DNA of 63,750 bases, counting the filler, from Sandaracinaceae bacterium (GTDB lineage: Bacteria > Myxococcota_A > Polyangia > Polyangiales > JADJQN01), in NCBI GenBank assembly GCA_947483975.1. It is 3 parts of 3 records of this genome, joined end to end, with 100 filler letters (N's around TTAATTAATTAA, not from the genome) between each part and the next. Parts side by side here need not be neighbours in the genome. Positions count along the whole stretch, not along the records: positions 1 to 21,818 come from CANKOL010000045.1; 2 more parts are not named here. One strand, 5' to 3'. Positions 7,993 through 18,350 of the stretch are shown here, piece by piece. The notes below the pieces were generated by a model. The model was not told where the DNA came from. It saw nothing but the letters and a program-made list of their open reading frames with translations, and ran no database searches. Position numbers and translations under genes: made by a program. Position 1 is the stretch's first letter; each line of letters begins with the position of its first letter.

Positions 7993-10881
7993 TCAGAGTC
8001 GGCGGCCGCTCGCCTCGAGGGCGGCGCTGAGCAGCCGATACGCGGAGGCGAAGTCGTAGCCTTGAATGGCAGCCTCGATGTCCGGATAGGCCTCTTGGAG
8101 TCCAGCCCGGAGGAGCGCGCCCTGCTCGGAAGACACCTTGCCCGCGTCGACGTCGTCGCTCTCGAGCAACCCCGCCAGACGACGAGCGACCGTGAGGAAC
8201 TCCCCCTCATCGAGGGCGACGAGCGCGGGGGTGACCTCCAGCCTCGGCAGCTGCGGCAGCAGCGCCAGAACAAACGCCTGCAGGCGCTGAGCACAATCGC
8301 GCAGCGACTCGTTCAAAGCAGCGCGCTCTGCCCGGCCCTTGAGGCCGGCCTCGAGCCGCGCTGCCGACTCCCCGAGCGCACCCAAGCCGAGGCTCGCCGA
8401 GACCCCCTTGAGGGTGTGCGCGAGGCGCTCAGCGGTGCTCCAGTCTCCGGCCTCGAGGGCAAGCTCCACCTCGCCCGGCGCGCGACTCTGGCTCTCGGCA
8501 AACCTCCGCAGAAGAGCCACATAGAGCGCCTTCTTGCCGAGCAATCGGTGCAGCGCAGCCTCGGTGTCCAGCCCCTCGACCACGGGAATGACGATGTCCT
8601 CGAGTGGGGCCTCGACGGGCGACCTCGCGTCGAACGCGCGCGGCTGTCCGAGGCCCGAGCGAGGCCTGATCCAGCGGAGCAGAGTGCGAAACAGGAGCGG
8701 CGGGTCGATGGGCTTCGCGACGTGGTCGTCCATGCCCGCAGCGAGGCACGCTGCGCGCTCGGCTTGCATCGCGTTGGCGGTCATGGCGACGATCGGCAGC
8801 GCCGAGAGGCGCGGCACGGCGCGCAGCGCTCGCGTCGCCGTGATGCCATCCATGACGGGCATCTGCATGTCCATCAGCACGAGGTCGAAGTCCTGCGCTT
8901 CGGCCATCGACACGGCCTCTTGCCCATTCCGGGCAAGACTCACGATGAAGCCGACGTCCGTGAGGATCTCGATCGCGACCTCTTGATTGAGCACGTTGTC
9001 CTCCACGAGGAGGAGCTCCGCTCCACGGATGGTATGAAGCTCGACCTCGACCGGGCTCCCCAACAGCAGCCTCTGCTGAGCGTTTCCTGCTGACTTGCCG
9101 TAGACGCGGGACACACACTCGAACAGCGCAGAGGCCGACACCGGCTTGGCGAGCACGCCGCAGATCCCCGCCTCGTCAGCGGTCTTCGTCAGCTCCTCAG
9201 TCGGCTCCGCCGACAACAGCACGATCGACCGCTGCTCAGCCCGGGGGAGCGCCTGGAGCCGCCTCGCCCACTCGGCGTCGGCCATCCCCGGCAAGCGGGA
9301 GTCGACGAACACGAACGCGTAGTCGTCGCCGGGCTCCTCGAGCGCGTGGAGCAGGGCCACCGCCTCTGCGCCGGACCCCACGGTGGTCGGCCTCATCTGC
9401 ATCGTCTTCAGCAGCTCGAGGAGCGCTGGGCAGGGCGCGGTGCCGTCGTCTACCACCAGCGCGCGCTTGCCCGCGAGCGCCCCCTGCAGATCCACGAGTC
9501 GCCAGAGCGACGTCCCGCGCCGAAGGCGGACGCGGAACCAAAACGTACTGCCGTGGCCGTACACGCTCCGCACGCCGACGTCGCCGCCCATCAACCCGGC
9601 GAGCTGCTTACAGATGGCCAGTCCGAGCCCCGACCCGCCGAACTGCCGCGTGGTCGAGCTATCCGCCTGCTGGAAGCTCCTGAAGAGCAGCGCGATCTGG
9701 GCCTCCGTCAGCCCAATCCCGCAGTCTTCGACCTCGAAACGAAGCGCCACGTCCGCGCTGGTCGAGTCCTCGAGCGCGACGCGCAGATGGACCTGGCCGT
9801 GCTCCGAGAACTTCACCGCGTTGGTGACGTAATTGAGCAGGATCTGCGCGAGTCGCAGCGGATCTCCGAGGAGGTTGTTGGGCACGCCCTCGTCGACGCT
9901 CACCACCAGAGTCAGCCCCTTCGCCTCGGCCCGGTCTTCGACGACGGTCGTCACCTTCTCGAGCACTCCGACGAGCGCGAACGAGATCGACTCGACGGTG
10001 AGCATTCCGGACTCGATGCGCGAGTAGTCGAGCACATCGTTGATGATGCCGAGGAGATGTTCGGACGAGTGCTGGATCTTCCGGACGTAATCCTGCTGTT
10101 TGTCCGTCAGAGAGGTCTTCGTCATCAGATACGCCATACCCATCACTGCGTTGATGGGCGTGCGTATCTCGTGGCTCATGTTCGCCAGAAAGGAACTCTT
10201 GGCGCGATTCGCTCGCTCGGCCTCCTCCTTGGCGCGGCGAAGCGCGAACTGCTGTTCGACCAGCGCGCGCGTGCCGAGGCTCTCGATCAGCGCGGCGATC
10301 TGCTGCGCGACGAGGCGGAACGACTGACACTGTTCCGGAGTCACCGGATCGAAGAACGCGGCGCCCGCCTCGGTGATGCCGCCGAGCAGGAGGCCCCTCA
10401 ACCGCCGCGTGGAGTCGTGGCAGGGCGCGACCACCGCGTGCCGCAGGCCCATCAGCCGAGGCAACTCGGGGAGAGCGGCGAGGTCGAGGACCGCCGCGGA
10501 ATCTGCGCGTCCGTCTTCGAGCAACCAGCGCCCCGCCTCCACGAGAGCCTGCGCGCGCGCGCAGCCTTCGGGGCTGGCGCTGGCCGGGCCCAGAGTGCCG
10601 TCCTCGAGCACCGGCCAGAACAGACCGATCTCGACCTCGAAGATGTCGACTACCGCCTCTGCGACGACGCTCAAGAGGGACTCGGCGGTCTGGTGCTGGA
10701 CCGCGCGCGCGCTGAAGTGATTCAACCGCTCGAGGCGGGCGAACTCACGATCGAGCGCGTTGCGCGCGTTGATGAGCTGCTGCTCGACGACCGAGAACTG
10801 CGTGACGCGACGCTGAACGTCCTCGTATCGGGCGGCGACTTCCCTCGCTGCGCGCGCGGCGCTGTCTTCGGCGTCGGTCAT
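7993..10881 (-). CDS. Soluble hybrid histidine kinase (coiled coil-GAF-like-HisKA-HATPase-REC-REC-Hpt)
   Basis: [28 protein letters not shown], two receivers (VVDD..VDS; LVEDN..LMDMQMP), Hpt AHTLKG; no TM segment seen. Confidence 0.93.
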   Translation of the reverse strand: MTDAEDSAARAAREVAARYEDVQRRVTQFSVVEQQLINARNALDREFARLERLNHFSARAVQHQTAESLLSVVAEAVVDIFEVEIGLFWPVLEDGTLGPASASPEGCARAQALVEAGRWLLEDGRADSAAVLDLAALPELPRLMGLRHAVVAPCHDSTRRLRGLLLGGITEAGAAFFDPVTPEQCQSFRLVAQQIAALIESLGTRALVEQQFALRRAKEEAERANRAKSSFLANMSHEIRTPINAVMGMAYLMTKTSLTDKQQDYVRKIQHSSEHLLGIINDVLDYSRIESGMLTVESISFALVGVLEKVTTVVEDRAEAKGLTLVVSVDEGVPNNLLGDPLRLAQILLNYVTNAVKFSEHGQVHLRVALEDSTSADVALRFEVEDCGIGLTEAQIALLFRSFQQADSSTTRQFGGSGLGLAICKQLAGLMGGDVGVRSVYGHGSTFWFRVRLRRGTSLWRLVDLQGALAGKRALVVDDGTAPCPALLELLKTMQMRPTTVGSGAEAVALLHALEEPGDDYAFVFVDSRLPGMADAEWARRLQALPRAEQRSIVLLSAEPTEELTKTADEAGICGVLAKPVSASALFECVSRVYGKSAGNAQQRLLLGSPVEVELHTIRGAELLLVEDNVLNQEVAIEILTDVGFIVSLARNGQEAVSMAEAQDFDLVLMDMQMPVMDGITATRALRAVPRLSALPIVAMTANAMQAERAACLAAGMDDHVAKPIDPPLLFRTLLRWIRPRSGLGQPRAFDARSPVEAPLEDIVIPVVEGLDTEAALHRLLGKKALYVALLRRFAESQSRAPGEVELALEAGDWSTAERLAHTLKGVSASLGLGALGESAARLEAGLKGRAERAALNESLRDCAQRLQAFVLALLPQLPRLEVTPALVALDEGEFLTVARRLAGLLESDDVDAGKVSSEQGALLRAGLQEAYPDIEAAIQGYDFASAYRLLSAALEASGRRL

Positions 10882-10925
10882 GGGCGTCTGGACGGTACGA
10901 GCGCTCGCTGCAAGTGGTCAACGAC

Positions 10926-12116
10926 TCAGCGGCGGTAGATCGCGTAGAGGGCGGTCGTGTAGTTGTGATAGGCGTTGAGCCCACCGAGGCGAGCAAACTC
11001 GCCAAAGCCGTACATCCCCAGCCACGGCGGCGGAGTGCCATCCGTCGAGAGCGGGTATTGCATCCGACTCACGAGCTCGTCCTTCATGACGCGGTTGAAC
11101 AAGAACCGCCCGCGAGCGAGGCAGTCGGCGTGGAACACCGCCACGGGCTTGCGGCCGCCCGCGCGCTCGAGCATCGCCTTCATCATGCGCTCGAGATCCT
11201 GGAAGATTCTGTCTTCGTCGCGCACCGTGAGCCAGAGGCGAGTGCCCACCGGACAGTCCGTGGCGTAGTGCATCGCGCCATCCGCGTCGCGCTTGGTCAC
11301 GACCCGCAGGATGTGCGCGTTGCCGTACTCCGCCGCGAGGGCGGGAGAGAGCTCCTCGGCGAGCGCTCCGACGGGGATCGTGTCGCCCGGCGTCGCGGTG
11401 TCGGGGAGTCCGAGGCAGCCGGTGTACTCGGTCCACGCCGGCTTGCCGTTCAGCTCGAGGATCTTCGAGCCCTCCGAGCGAGTGACCACCATCGGCTCGC
11501 CGACCGCGATGAAGCCGTGGGTCGCCTGCGTGTCGACCTCGAGCGTCGGGTCCGCGAAGCCGATGGCGAAGGCGCCGTGCTCGAAGACCTCGCCGTCGAC
11601 CGCCTGATAGCTGACGACGCCGCGCATGTTGTCCGACGAGGTCGCGCCGAAGATCGTGACGTCCGGGCCGAGCACGGACTCGAGCCCCGCGATGCAGCGG
11701 TCGTTGGCGATGTCGATGCCCGAGGCGAGGAAGTAGACGAAGTTGATGTTCGGCTGCTGCCGCTTCAGCTCGGTCGCGAGCTCGACGGACCGCTCGAAGG
11801 CGTTCTGCCCGTAGATACCGTCGACGTGAGCGACCGCGAGCTCCGGCCCGCGGACGGTCATGATGGCGACGTCCTTCATCGACTCGCTCACGCCCTCCCG
11901 CCCGACCACGCCGCAGCAGGACGACGCGACGACGCGGGCGCGCGGGCACTGCTTGCGTACCTGGTCGACGAGCGCCTTGAGCGGATGTCCGAGCGACGCG
12001 TGAATGACGACGAGGTCACAGCTGGCGGTGTCCGCGCCGAGCGCGACGTCGAGACACTCCTCGATGGCGCGCTGCGAGTTCACGAGGCGAAGGCTTGCGG
12101 AGGAGAATTCGAGCAT
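10926..12116 (-). CDS. FIST-domain sensor protein (NosP-like)
   Basis: IFGATSSD, ATHGF, ILELNGKPA, DCLARG, GMYGFGE, YHNYT match FIST_N/FIST_C; directly upstream of a hybrid kinase. Confidence 0.85.
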   Translation of the reverse strand: MLEFSSASLRLVNSQRAIEECLDVALGADTASCDLVVIHASLGHPLKALVDQVRKQCPRARVVASSCCGVVGREGVSESMKDVAIMTVRGPELAVAHVDGIYGQNAFERSVELATELKRQQPNINFVYFLASGIDIANDRCIAGLESVLGPDVTIFGATSSDNMRGVVSYQAVDGEVFEHGAFAIGFADPTLEVDTQATHGFIAVGEPMVVTRSEGSKILELNGKPAWTEYTGCLGLPDTATPGDTIPVGALAEELSPALAAEYGNAHILRVVTKRDADGAMHYATDCPVGTRLWLTVRDEDRIFQDLERMMKAMLERAGGRKPVAVFHADCLARGRFLFNRVMKDELVSRMQYPLSTDGTPPPWLGMYGFGEFARLGGLNAYHNYTTALYAIYRR

Positions 12117-12407
12117 TTTCGGCCTCTTTTCGGTGCTGTGGACGGGCCGACGCCAGCCGAGGCGTCGACCGGCTCACGAAAGTCCGCCGAGGTTAGCAGG
12201 TAGAATAATCCGCGCTCAGCGGCGCGCGGGAGGTGCGTGACGCCGCGCACGGTGGCGAGGTCGGAGCCGCTCGGTGGCCAGCTTTGACTTCGCGCAGGGG
12301 TTCCCGCAGCCTCGACCGATGCAGCGAACGTCAACGCGCACGACCGCGAAGCTCGGTGCCCCGCGGCCCGCATTCTCGGCCGCGACGCCACGGAGCACGC
12401 CTCACTC

Positions 12408-12866
12408 ATGACCCCGACCGAACTGCTCGCTGAGGTCGATCGCATCCTCGATGAGTCGAAGACCGCGCTGCTCGCGACGGTCGATCCCGACGGCCGCCCT
12501 CAGCTCCGCTGGATGACCCCGCGGCGCCTCCGCGACCGCCCCGGTCACCTCTACACGGTGACGGAGATCGGCGCGGCGAAGGTCGCTGAGCTTCGGCGTG
12601 ATCCGCGCGTGACCTGGCTCGTGCAGCGCCCCGCGCTCACCGAGATCATCACGCTCCGCGGGCAGGCGACCGTCCTCGACGAGCCGACCTTGCTGCGCGA
12701 GTTCCTCGAGGCCGCCGGCAAGGAGCTGTTCATGATCTGGCACCTCCACCGCGCGCACGAGCGCCCGCAGTTCGTCGTGATCGAGACCGCGCTCGAGGAG
12801 GCGTCGCGCTTTCAAGCGAGCACCGGGGAGACGCTGAACCTCAGCCTGCAGAGCAGCGCAGCGTAG
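12408..12866 (+). CDS. Pyridoxamine 5'-phosphate oxidase-like split-barrel protein
   Basis: LLATVDPDGRPQLRWM and KVAELRRDPRVT motifs. Confidence 0.8.
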   Translation: MTPTELLAEVDRILDESKTALLATVDPDGRPQLRWMTPRRLRDRPGHLYTVTEIGAAKVAELRRDPRVTWLVQRPALTEIITLRGQATVLDEPTLLREFLEAAGKELFMIWHLHRAHERPQFVVIETALEEASRFQASTGETLNLSLQSSAA

Positions 12867-12869
12867 CCG

Positions 12870-13982
12870 ATGAGCAGCGCGGCCGACCGACAGAGCCACA
12901 CACTCCGGAGACTGAGATCCCTCGCGGTGCTGGGCGCGCTGTGCGCGTGCGCGTGCGATCCGTTCGGCACCGGCTTCGACGACTCCGAGCCCGCGACGCT
13001 CTACGCCGCGCCGGGCGCGACTCCCGCGCCCGCGCCGACGCGACCGCTGCGCATCCTCGACTGGAACATCAAGTTCGGCGGCGGACGCCTCGACTTCTTC
13101 TTCGACTGCTTCGGCGACCGCGTGCTGATGAGCCGCGCGGAGGTCCTCGCGAACCTCGAGGGCGTCGCGCGCAAGGTGCGGCAGGTCGATCCCGACGTCG
13201 TGTTTCTGCAAGAGGTCGACGTCAACGCGAAGCGCTCCGCGTTCGTCGATCAGCTCGCGTGGCTCGTGGCGCACACCGACCTCCACTACGCGGCCTACGC
13301 GTCACAGTGGCGCGCGGACTTCGTCCCGAGCGACGGACTCGGCCCGATGGACGACGGCATCGCCATCCTCAGCCGGTGGCCGCTCGACCGCGCGACGCGC
13401 CTCGCGCTCCCGCTGCGCACCGACCAAGACGCGCTGACGCAGTACTTCTATCTGCATCGCGCCGTGCTGCGCGCGCGCGTGCAGCTCCCCGACCACGGCG
13501 ACCTCTGGCTCGTCAACGTGCACACGGACGCCTACGGGCAGGACGGCACCAAGCGCCTGCACATCGAGCGCTTTCAGCGGGAGATGGACGCGCTCGACGA
13601 CGCGGGCGAGCTCGTCGTCGGCGGGGGCGATCTCAACACGCTGCCGCCCGGCACGACCAAGCTCTTCGACTTCGCGGACACCGTGTGCACGAACGAGGAC
13701 TTCGTCGCCGACGACTACCGCCCCGACGCCGGCTGGCTCGATGGGCTCTACTCGCGCTATTCGCCCTTCGTCCCCACGGCGGACTACGCCGCCGACAATG
13801 CGGCGTATTTCTCCCACAGCGTCGATGGGCGCGGCTCGTGGAATCGCGAGCTCGATTATCTCTTCACAAACGGCACTTGGGTCCCCGGCTCCGGCGTCGT
13901 GCACCAAGACGAGCGGACCGGGATGGCGACGATGCCGCTCTCCGATCACGCGCCGAGCTCGGCGGAGCTCGAGCTGCCATGA
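12870..13982 (+). CDS. Endonuclease/exonuclease/phosphatase family exported (lipo)protein
   Basis: WNI, LQEVD, NVHT, GGDLN, LDY, SDH motifs; signal region ending ACAC. Confidence 0.88.
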   Translation: MSSAADRQSHTLRRLRSLAVLGALCACACDPFGTGFDDSEPATLYAAPGATPAPAPTRPLRILDWNIKFGGGRLDFFFDCFGDRVLMSRAEVLANLEGVARKVRQVDPDVVFLQEVDVNAKRSAFVDQLAWLVAHTDLHYAAYASQWRADFVPSDGLGPMDDGIAILSRWPLDRATRLALPLRTDQDALTQYFYLHRAVLRARVQLPDHGDLWLVNVHTDAYGQDGTKRLHIERFQREMDALDDAGELVVGGGDLNTLPPGTTKLFDFADTVCTNEDFVADDYRPDAGWLDGLYSRYSPFVPTADYAADNAAYFSHSVDGRGSWNRELDYLFTNGTWVPGSGVVHQDERTGMATMPLSDHAPSSAELELP

Positions 13983-14833
13983 ATCGCGCGAACCTCCTGC
14001 CGCGGTGGCTCGTTGGACTCCTCCTCTCGCTCTGCATCGTCGGCGTCGTCAGCGCGGCCCACGCAGATGAATTCACGAGCGAGCAAGCGCCAGCGCCCGC
14101 TGCGTCGGCGGCCGCCGCCGAGGCCCCCACTGCGCGCGCTTGGTCCGACGGCTCCGCCATCCCCGTCCCTGCGGGGCGCGTCGACTTCGGCCTCTTTCAG
14201 CCGCTCCGCTGGGGCGTCAGCGAAGACGTGGAGCTCGCCGCGCAGCCCCTGCTCGAGCCGATCTTCCCGAACGTCGAGGCCAGGGTCCGCTGGCTGCACC
14301 GCGGCGCGTTCTCCATCGCGACGTGGCACCGCCTCACGTATCCGACTCGCCTGCTGCAGACCGTCTCGCGCGAGGGCACGCTCGGCCTGCTCCCGGCCAA
14401 CACCGACGTCCCCATCGCGCTCGGACTCGACACCTCGTTCCTCGTCACCGTCGCCTCCGCCGCTGACCGTACGCGCGGCACCTTCGAAGTCGGCGTCTCG
14501 CTGATGCCGCGCCTGAGCGCGGGTGACCCCGTCGTGCTCGATTTCCCGTTCCTCTACTCGCGCTTCGCCGCCCTCTCCACGAGCGGCACCACCTACGCGG
14601 GCCTCGCGGGGACGACGCTGCTCTCCGACAAGTTCACGCTCGCCGCCGACGCGCGCGTGACGCTGATCCCCGTCGTCTCGCGGGGCTGGATGCTCGAGCA
14701 GGGCGCGTCGATCACGTGGACGCCGAGCGCGCACTTCGGCCTCTCGCTCGGCTACCGCGTCGCCCACGGACGCTATCCCGTCGGAGTCCGCACGCACCTG
14801 ATGCCGACGCTCGACGTGATGTTCGGCTTCTGA
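13979..14833 (+). CDS. Putative outer-membrane beta-barrel protein
   Basis: Signal peptide (..SAAHA), amphipathic beta-strands, C-terminal Phe; ATGA overlap with the EEP gene. Confidence 0.6.
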   Translation: MNRANLLPRWLVGLLLSLCIVGVVSAAHADEFTSEQAPAPAASAAAAEAPTARAWSDGSAIPVPAGRVDFGLFQPLRWGVSEDVELAAQPLLEPIFPNVEARVRWLHRGAFSIATWHRLTYPTRLLQTVSREGTLGLLPANTDVPIALGLDTSFLVTVASAADRTRGTFEVGVSLMPRLSAGDPVVLDFPFLYSRFAALSTSGTTYAGLAGTTLLSDKFTLAADARVTLIPVVSRGWMLEQGASITWTPSAHFGLSLGYRVAHGRYPVGVRTHLMPTLDVMFGF

Positions 14834-14886
14834 CTCCCACCGATTCCACCGTGGCCCGCGCGCCGGGCTGCTAGAGTCCGGCGCCG

Positions 14887-15897
14887 ATGGCAGAGAATCT
14901 CCTCGAGGTGGAGGACCTCGTGACGGCGTTCCACAGCGACGAGGGCGTCGTGCGGGCCGTCGATGGGGTCTCGTTCTCCGTGCGCGACGGCGGCACGATC
15001 GGGCTCGTCGGCGAGTCGGGCTGCGGCAAGAGCGTCACCGCGCTCTCGATCATGCGGCTCTTGCCGATGCCTCCAGGGCGCTACGAGCGCGGCAAGATCC
15101 GCTTCGAGGGTCGTGAGCTGCTCGCCCTGCCGGAGAAGGAGATGCGCGCGCTCCGCGGCAACTCCATCTCGATGATCTTCCAGGAGCCGATGACCTCGCT
15201 GAACCCCGTCTACACGGTGGGGCAGCAGATCGGCGAGGCGGTGCGCCTGCACCAGAAGCTCGACCGCAAGGGCGCCCGCGCCAAGTCGATCGAGATGCTC
15301 AAGCTCGTCGGCATCCCCGCGCCGGAAGAGCGCATCGACGCGTATCCGCATCAGCTCTCCGGCGGGATGCGGCAGCGCGTGATGATCGCGATGGCGCTCT
15401 CCTGTCAGCCGAAGCTGCTGATCGCCGACGAGCCGACGACGGCGCTCGACGTGACGATCCAAGCGCAGATCCTCGAGCTGCTCGCGAGCCTGCAAAAGAA
15501 GCTCGGCATGAGCATCATCCTCATCACGCACGACCTCGGCGTCGTCGCCGAATTCGTCGAGGAGATCGTCGTGATGTACGCGGCGAAGATCGTCGAGCGC
15601 GCCGAGACGAAGGCGCTCTTCGCGCACCCGCTCCATCCGTACACGCGCGGGCTGCTCGCGAGCGTCCCGAGCTTCGGCGACAACTCGAAGAAGGCGCGCC
15701 TGCCGACGATCCCGGGCGTCGTGCCGGATCTGCGGCACCTGCCCCTCGGCTGCCGCTTCCGCGACCGCTGCCCCGACGTCGTCGAGCGCTGCTCGACCGA
15801 GGAGCCAAAGCTGCTCGAGGTCGTGCCCGGACGCTTCGTCGCCTGCCACGTCGCCGCGCCGCTGCGCGCGCCGCGCGTCCCGTCGGTGACCCTGTGA
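14887..15897 (+). CDS. oppD: Peptide/nickel ABC transporter ATPase (OppD/DppD-like)
   Basis: [46 protein letters not shown]. Confidence 0.93.
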   Translation: MAENLLEVEDLVTAFHSDEGVVRAVDGVSFSVRDGGTIGLVGESGCGKSVTALSIMRLLPMPPGRYERGKIRFEGRELLALPEKEMRALRGNSISMIFQEPMTSLNPVYTVGQQIGEAVRLHQKLDRKGARAKSIEMLKLVGIPAPEERIDAYPHQLSGGMRQRVMIAMALSCQPKLLIADEPTTALDVTIQAQILELLASLQKKLGMSIILITHDLGVVAEFVEEIVVMYAAKIVERAETKALFAHPLHPYTRGLLASVPSFGDNSKKARLPTIPGVVPDLRHLPLGCRFRDRCPDVVERCSTEEPKLLEVVPGRFVACHVAAPLRAPRVPSVTL

Positions 15898-16913
15898 GCG
15901 AGGCGAACGCAGAGCCGGGCGCGGAGTTCACGACCGCGCCACCGCTCCTCGAGCTCGAGGGGCTGACGAAGCACTTCCCCGTGCGCGGCGGCTTCTTCGG
16001 GCGCTCCAAGGGCGCCGTGCGCGCCGTCGACGGCGTCTCGCTGAAGGTGCACGCGGGCGAGACGCTCGGCCTCGTCGGCGAGTCGGGCTGCGGCAAGAGC
16101 ACGCTCGGGCGCGTCGTGCTGCGCCTGATCGAGCCGACGAGCGGCACGATCCGCTTCTCCGGGCGCGACATCACGCGCATCCCGCAGAGCGAGCTGCGGC
16201 CGATGCGCCGCGCGATGCAGATCATCTTTCAGGACCCGTACAGCTCGCTGAACCCGCGTATGACAGTGCGTCAGACGGTCGGCGAGGCGATGCGGATCCA
16301 CAAGCTGGTGAGCAACGCGAAGGACGAGGAGGAGAAGGTCGCGCAGCTCCTCGTGCGCGTCGGGCTCCGCGCCGATCAGATGACGCGCTATCCGCACGAG
16401 TTCTCGGGCGGGCAGCGGCAGCGCATCGGCATCGCGCGCGCCCTCGCCGTGCAGCCGAAGTTCATCGTCGCCGACGAGCCGATCAGCGCGCTCGACGTCT
16501 CGATCCAGGCGCAGATCGTCAACCTGCTGAAGGACCTGCAGGACGAGCTCGGGCTCTCGTTCCTGTTCATCGCGCACGACCTCAAGGTCGTCGAGTACAT
16601 GAGCCACCGCGTCGCGGTGATGTACCTCGGGCGCGTCGCGGAGCTCGCCCCCGCGGCGCGCATCTACGACTCGCCGAAGCACCCCTACACGAAGGCCCTG
16701 CTGAGCGCGATCCCGGTGCCGGATCCCACCAAGAAGCGGATGCGCATCCTGCTCGAGGGCGATGTGCCGAGCCCGCTCGATCCGCCGAGCGGCTGCACGT
16801 TTCATCCGCGCTGCCCGATCGCCGAGAAGGGCCTCTGCGACGTGAAGGCGCCCGCGCTCCGCACGCTGGCGCCGGGGCACGAGGTCGCTTGCCACAAGGC
16901 AGAGGCGGACTGA
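15894..16913 (+). CDS. oppF: Peptide ABC transporter ATPase (OppF/DppF-like)
   Basis: [47 protein letters not shown]. Confidence 0.93.
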   Translation: MSEANAEPGAEFTTAPPLLELEGLTKHFPVRGGFFGRSKGAVRAVDGVSLKVHAGETLGLVGESGCGKSTLGRVVLRLIEPTSGTIRFSGRDITRIPQSELRPMRRAMQIIFQDPYSSLNPRMTVRQTVGEAMRIHKLVSNAKDEEEKVAQLLVRVGLRADQMTRYPHEFSGGQRQRIGIARALAVQPKFIVADEPISALDVSIQAQIVNLLKDLQDELGLSFLFIAHDLKVVEYMSHRVAVMYLGRVAELAPAARIYDSPKHPYTKALLSAIPVPDPTKKRMRILLEGDVPSPLDPPSGCTFHPRCPIAEKGLCDVKAPALRTLAPGHEVACHKAEAD

Positions 16914-16955
16914 GCCGCCGGGCCGCTCGCGTGAGGACGAGCGGAGGTCGTGGGC

Positions 16956-17480
16956 TCAGTGGTGGAGCGGACTGCGCCCGCCGCGGGTGATGGTCGAGTC
17001 GGCGCGCTGCACCGTGCCGTCGATCCTCGCCGAGAGCCGGATACTGAAGCGCCCCGCGTTCGCCCGCGCGGGAGGCAAGCCGGTGAAGAAGACCATCAGG
17101 TGCACCGTGCTGTGCCCTTGAACGGAGACCGCGGCTGGATTCGCGGGCTGGTTGTTGGCGCGCACGCTCGCGACCGCGAGGCGAGTGTTGCCGTCCGCGC
17201 CGACGAGGACGAGCGACTCGATCGTCAGGGTCGCGCGCGTGCGCCCCGGGTTGATGACCCGGAACATCACGTGATCGGGCGCGCCCGGCGTCGAGACGCT
17301 GGAGTCTTCGCCCTCGAGCGTCGTCATCAGGTGAATGACGTGCTGCGACGGGGGCCCGATGACGTCCGCGCGGGCGTGCTCGGCGGCGACGGCGCCGAGC
17401 GCGACGAGCGCGAGCGCGAGGCAGAGGCGGACCCGACGTAGAGAGCGAATCTTCGGGAGTGCGAGCACGTGGACCCTCAT
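16956..17480 (-). CDS. Hypothetical secreted beta-rich protein
   Basis: Basic N-region, hydrophobic core, ARA cleavage site; beta-rich mature part. Confidence 0.6.
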   Translation of the reverse strand: MRVHVLALPKIRSLRRVRLCLALALVALGAVAAEHARADVIGPPSQHVIHLMTTLEGEDSSVSTPGAPDHVMFRVINPGRTRATLTIESLVLVGADGNTRLAVASVRANNQPANPAAVSVQGHSTVHLMVFFTGLPPARANAGRFSIRLSARIDGTVQRADSTITRGGRSPLHH

Positions 17481-17603
17481 GGCGAACAGCCTCCGCCGCT
17501 ACCGACGCTCGACGAGGATAGAAGTTCCGACATTCACCGTCGAGCGTTGCCGGGGCGCGCGACGACGGCGCGCGTCGCGTCGGGCGATGCCATACTCGCG
17601 CGC

Positions 17604-18269
17604 ATGGAACCAGACTTCTGGCGCGAGCGATGGCAGACGGGGCAGATCGGCTTTCATCAGGAGGAGGTCAACGCGCACCTCGCCGAGCACTACGCGAAGC
17701 TGACCGGCGCGACGCCGCCCGGCACGCCGGCGCGCATCTTGGTGCCGCTCTGCGGCAAGAGCGTGGACCTCTCGTATCTCTCGGAGCAGGGCGAGCAAGT
17801 CGTCGGCATCGAGCTGGTGGAGACCGCGGCGTTGGCGTTCTTCGAGGAGGCTGGCCTCCGCTCGGGCGTCGTCAGGAGCGCCAACCGGGTGCGGGCGAAC
17901 GACCTCGGGATCGAGATCGTGATCGGCGACTTCTTCGAGCAGACGCCGGCTGAGCTCGGCACCTTCGACGGCGTCTGGGATCGCGCCGCGCTCGTCGCGC
18001 TGCCGCCGGAGCTACGCGCCCGCTACGCGCCGCACCTCGCGTCGTTCGTCAAGCCGGGCGGACGGCTGCTGCTCGTGACCTTCGTCTTCGACGGGCCTCC
18101 GGTCGGCCCGCCGCACAGCGTCTCCGACGACGAAGTGCGCGCGCTCTTCAGCCCATTCTTCGCGCTGGAGCGCCTCGGCGAGCACGACCTGCTCGCGGAG
18201 AGCCCGCGCTTCCGCGAGCGCGGCGTGACGTCCCTGCGCGAGCACCTCTGGCTCGGCAAGCGGCTCTGA
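17604..18269 (+). CDS. tpm: Thiopurine S-methyltransferase
   Basis: MEPDFWRERW..IGFHQ, LVPLCGKS, GDFF, WDRAALVALP, GPPHSV; start reassigned to 17604. Confidence 0.9.
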   Translation: MEPDFWRERWQTGQIGFHQEEVNAHLAEHYAKLTGATPPGTPARILVPLCGKSVDLSYLSEQGEQVVGIELVETAALAFFEEAGLRSGVVRSANRVRANDLGIEIVIGDFFEQTPAELGTFDGVWDRAALVALPPELRARYAPHLASFVKPGGRLLLVTFVFDGPPVGPPHSVSDDEVRALFSPFFALERLGEHDLLAESPRFRERGVTSLREHLWLGKRL

Positions 18270-18350
18270 GCGCCGACCGCCTTTCTACGACCGCCGACCG
18301 ATTTACGAAACGCCCTGTCGGCCCCAGGTGTCTCCGTCGACGGAGGCGCC

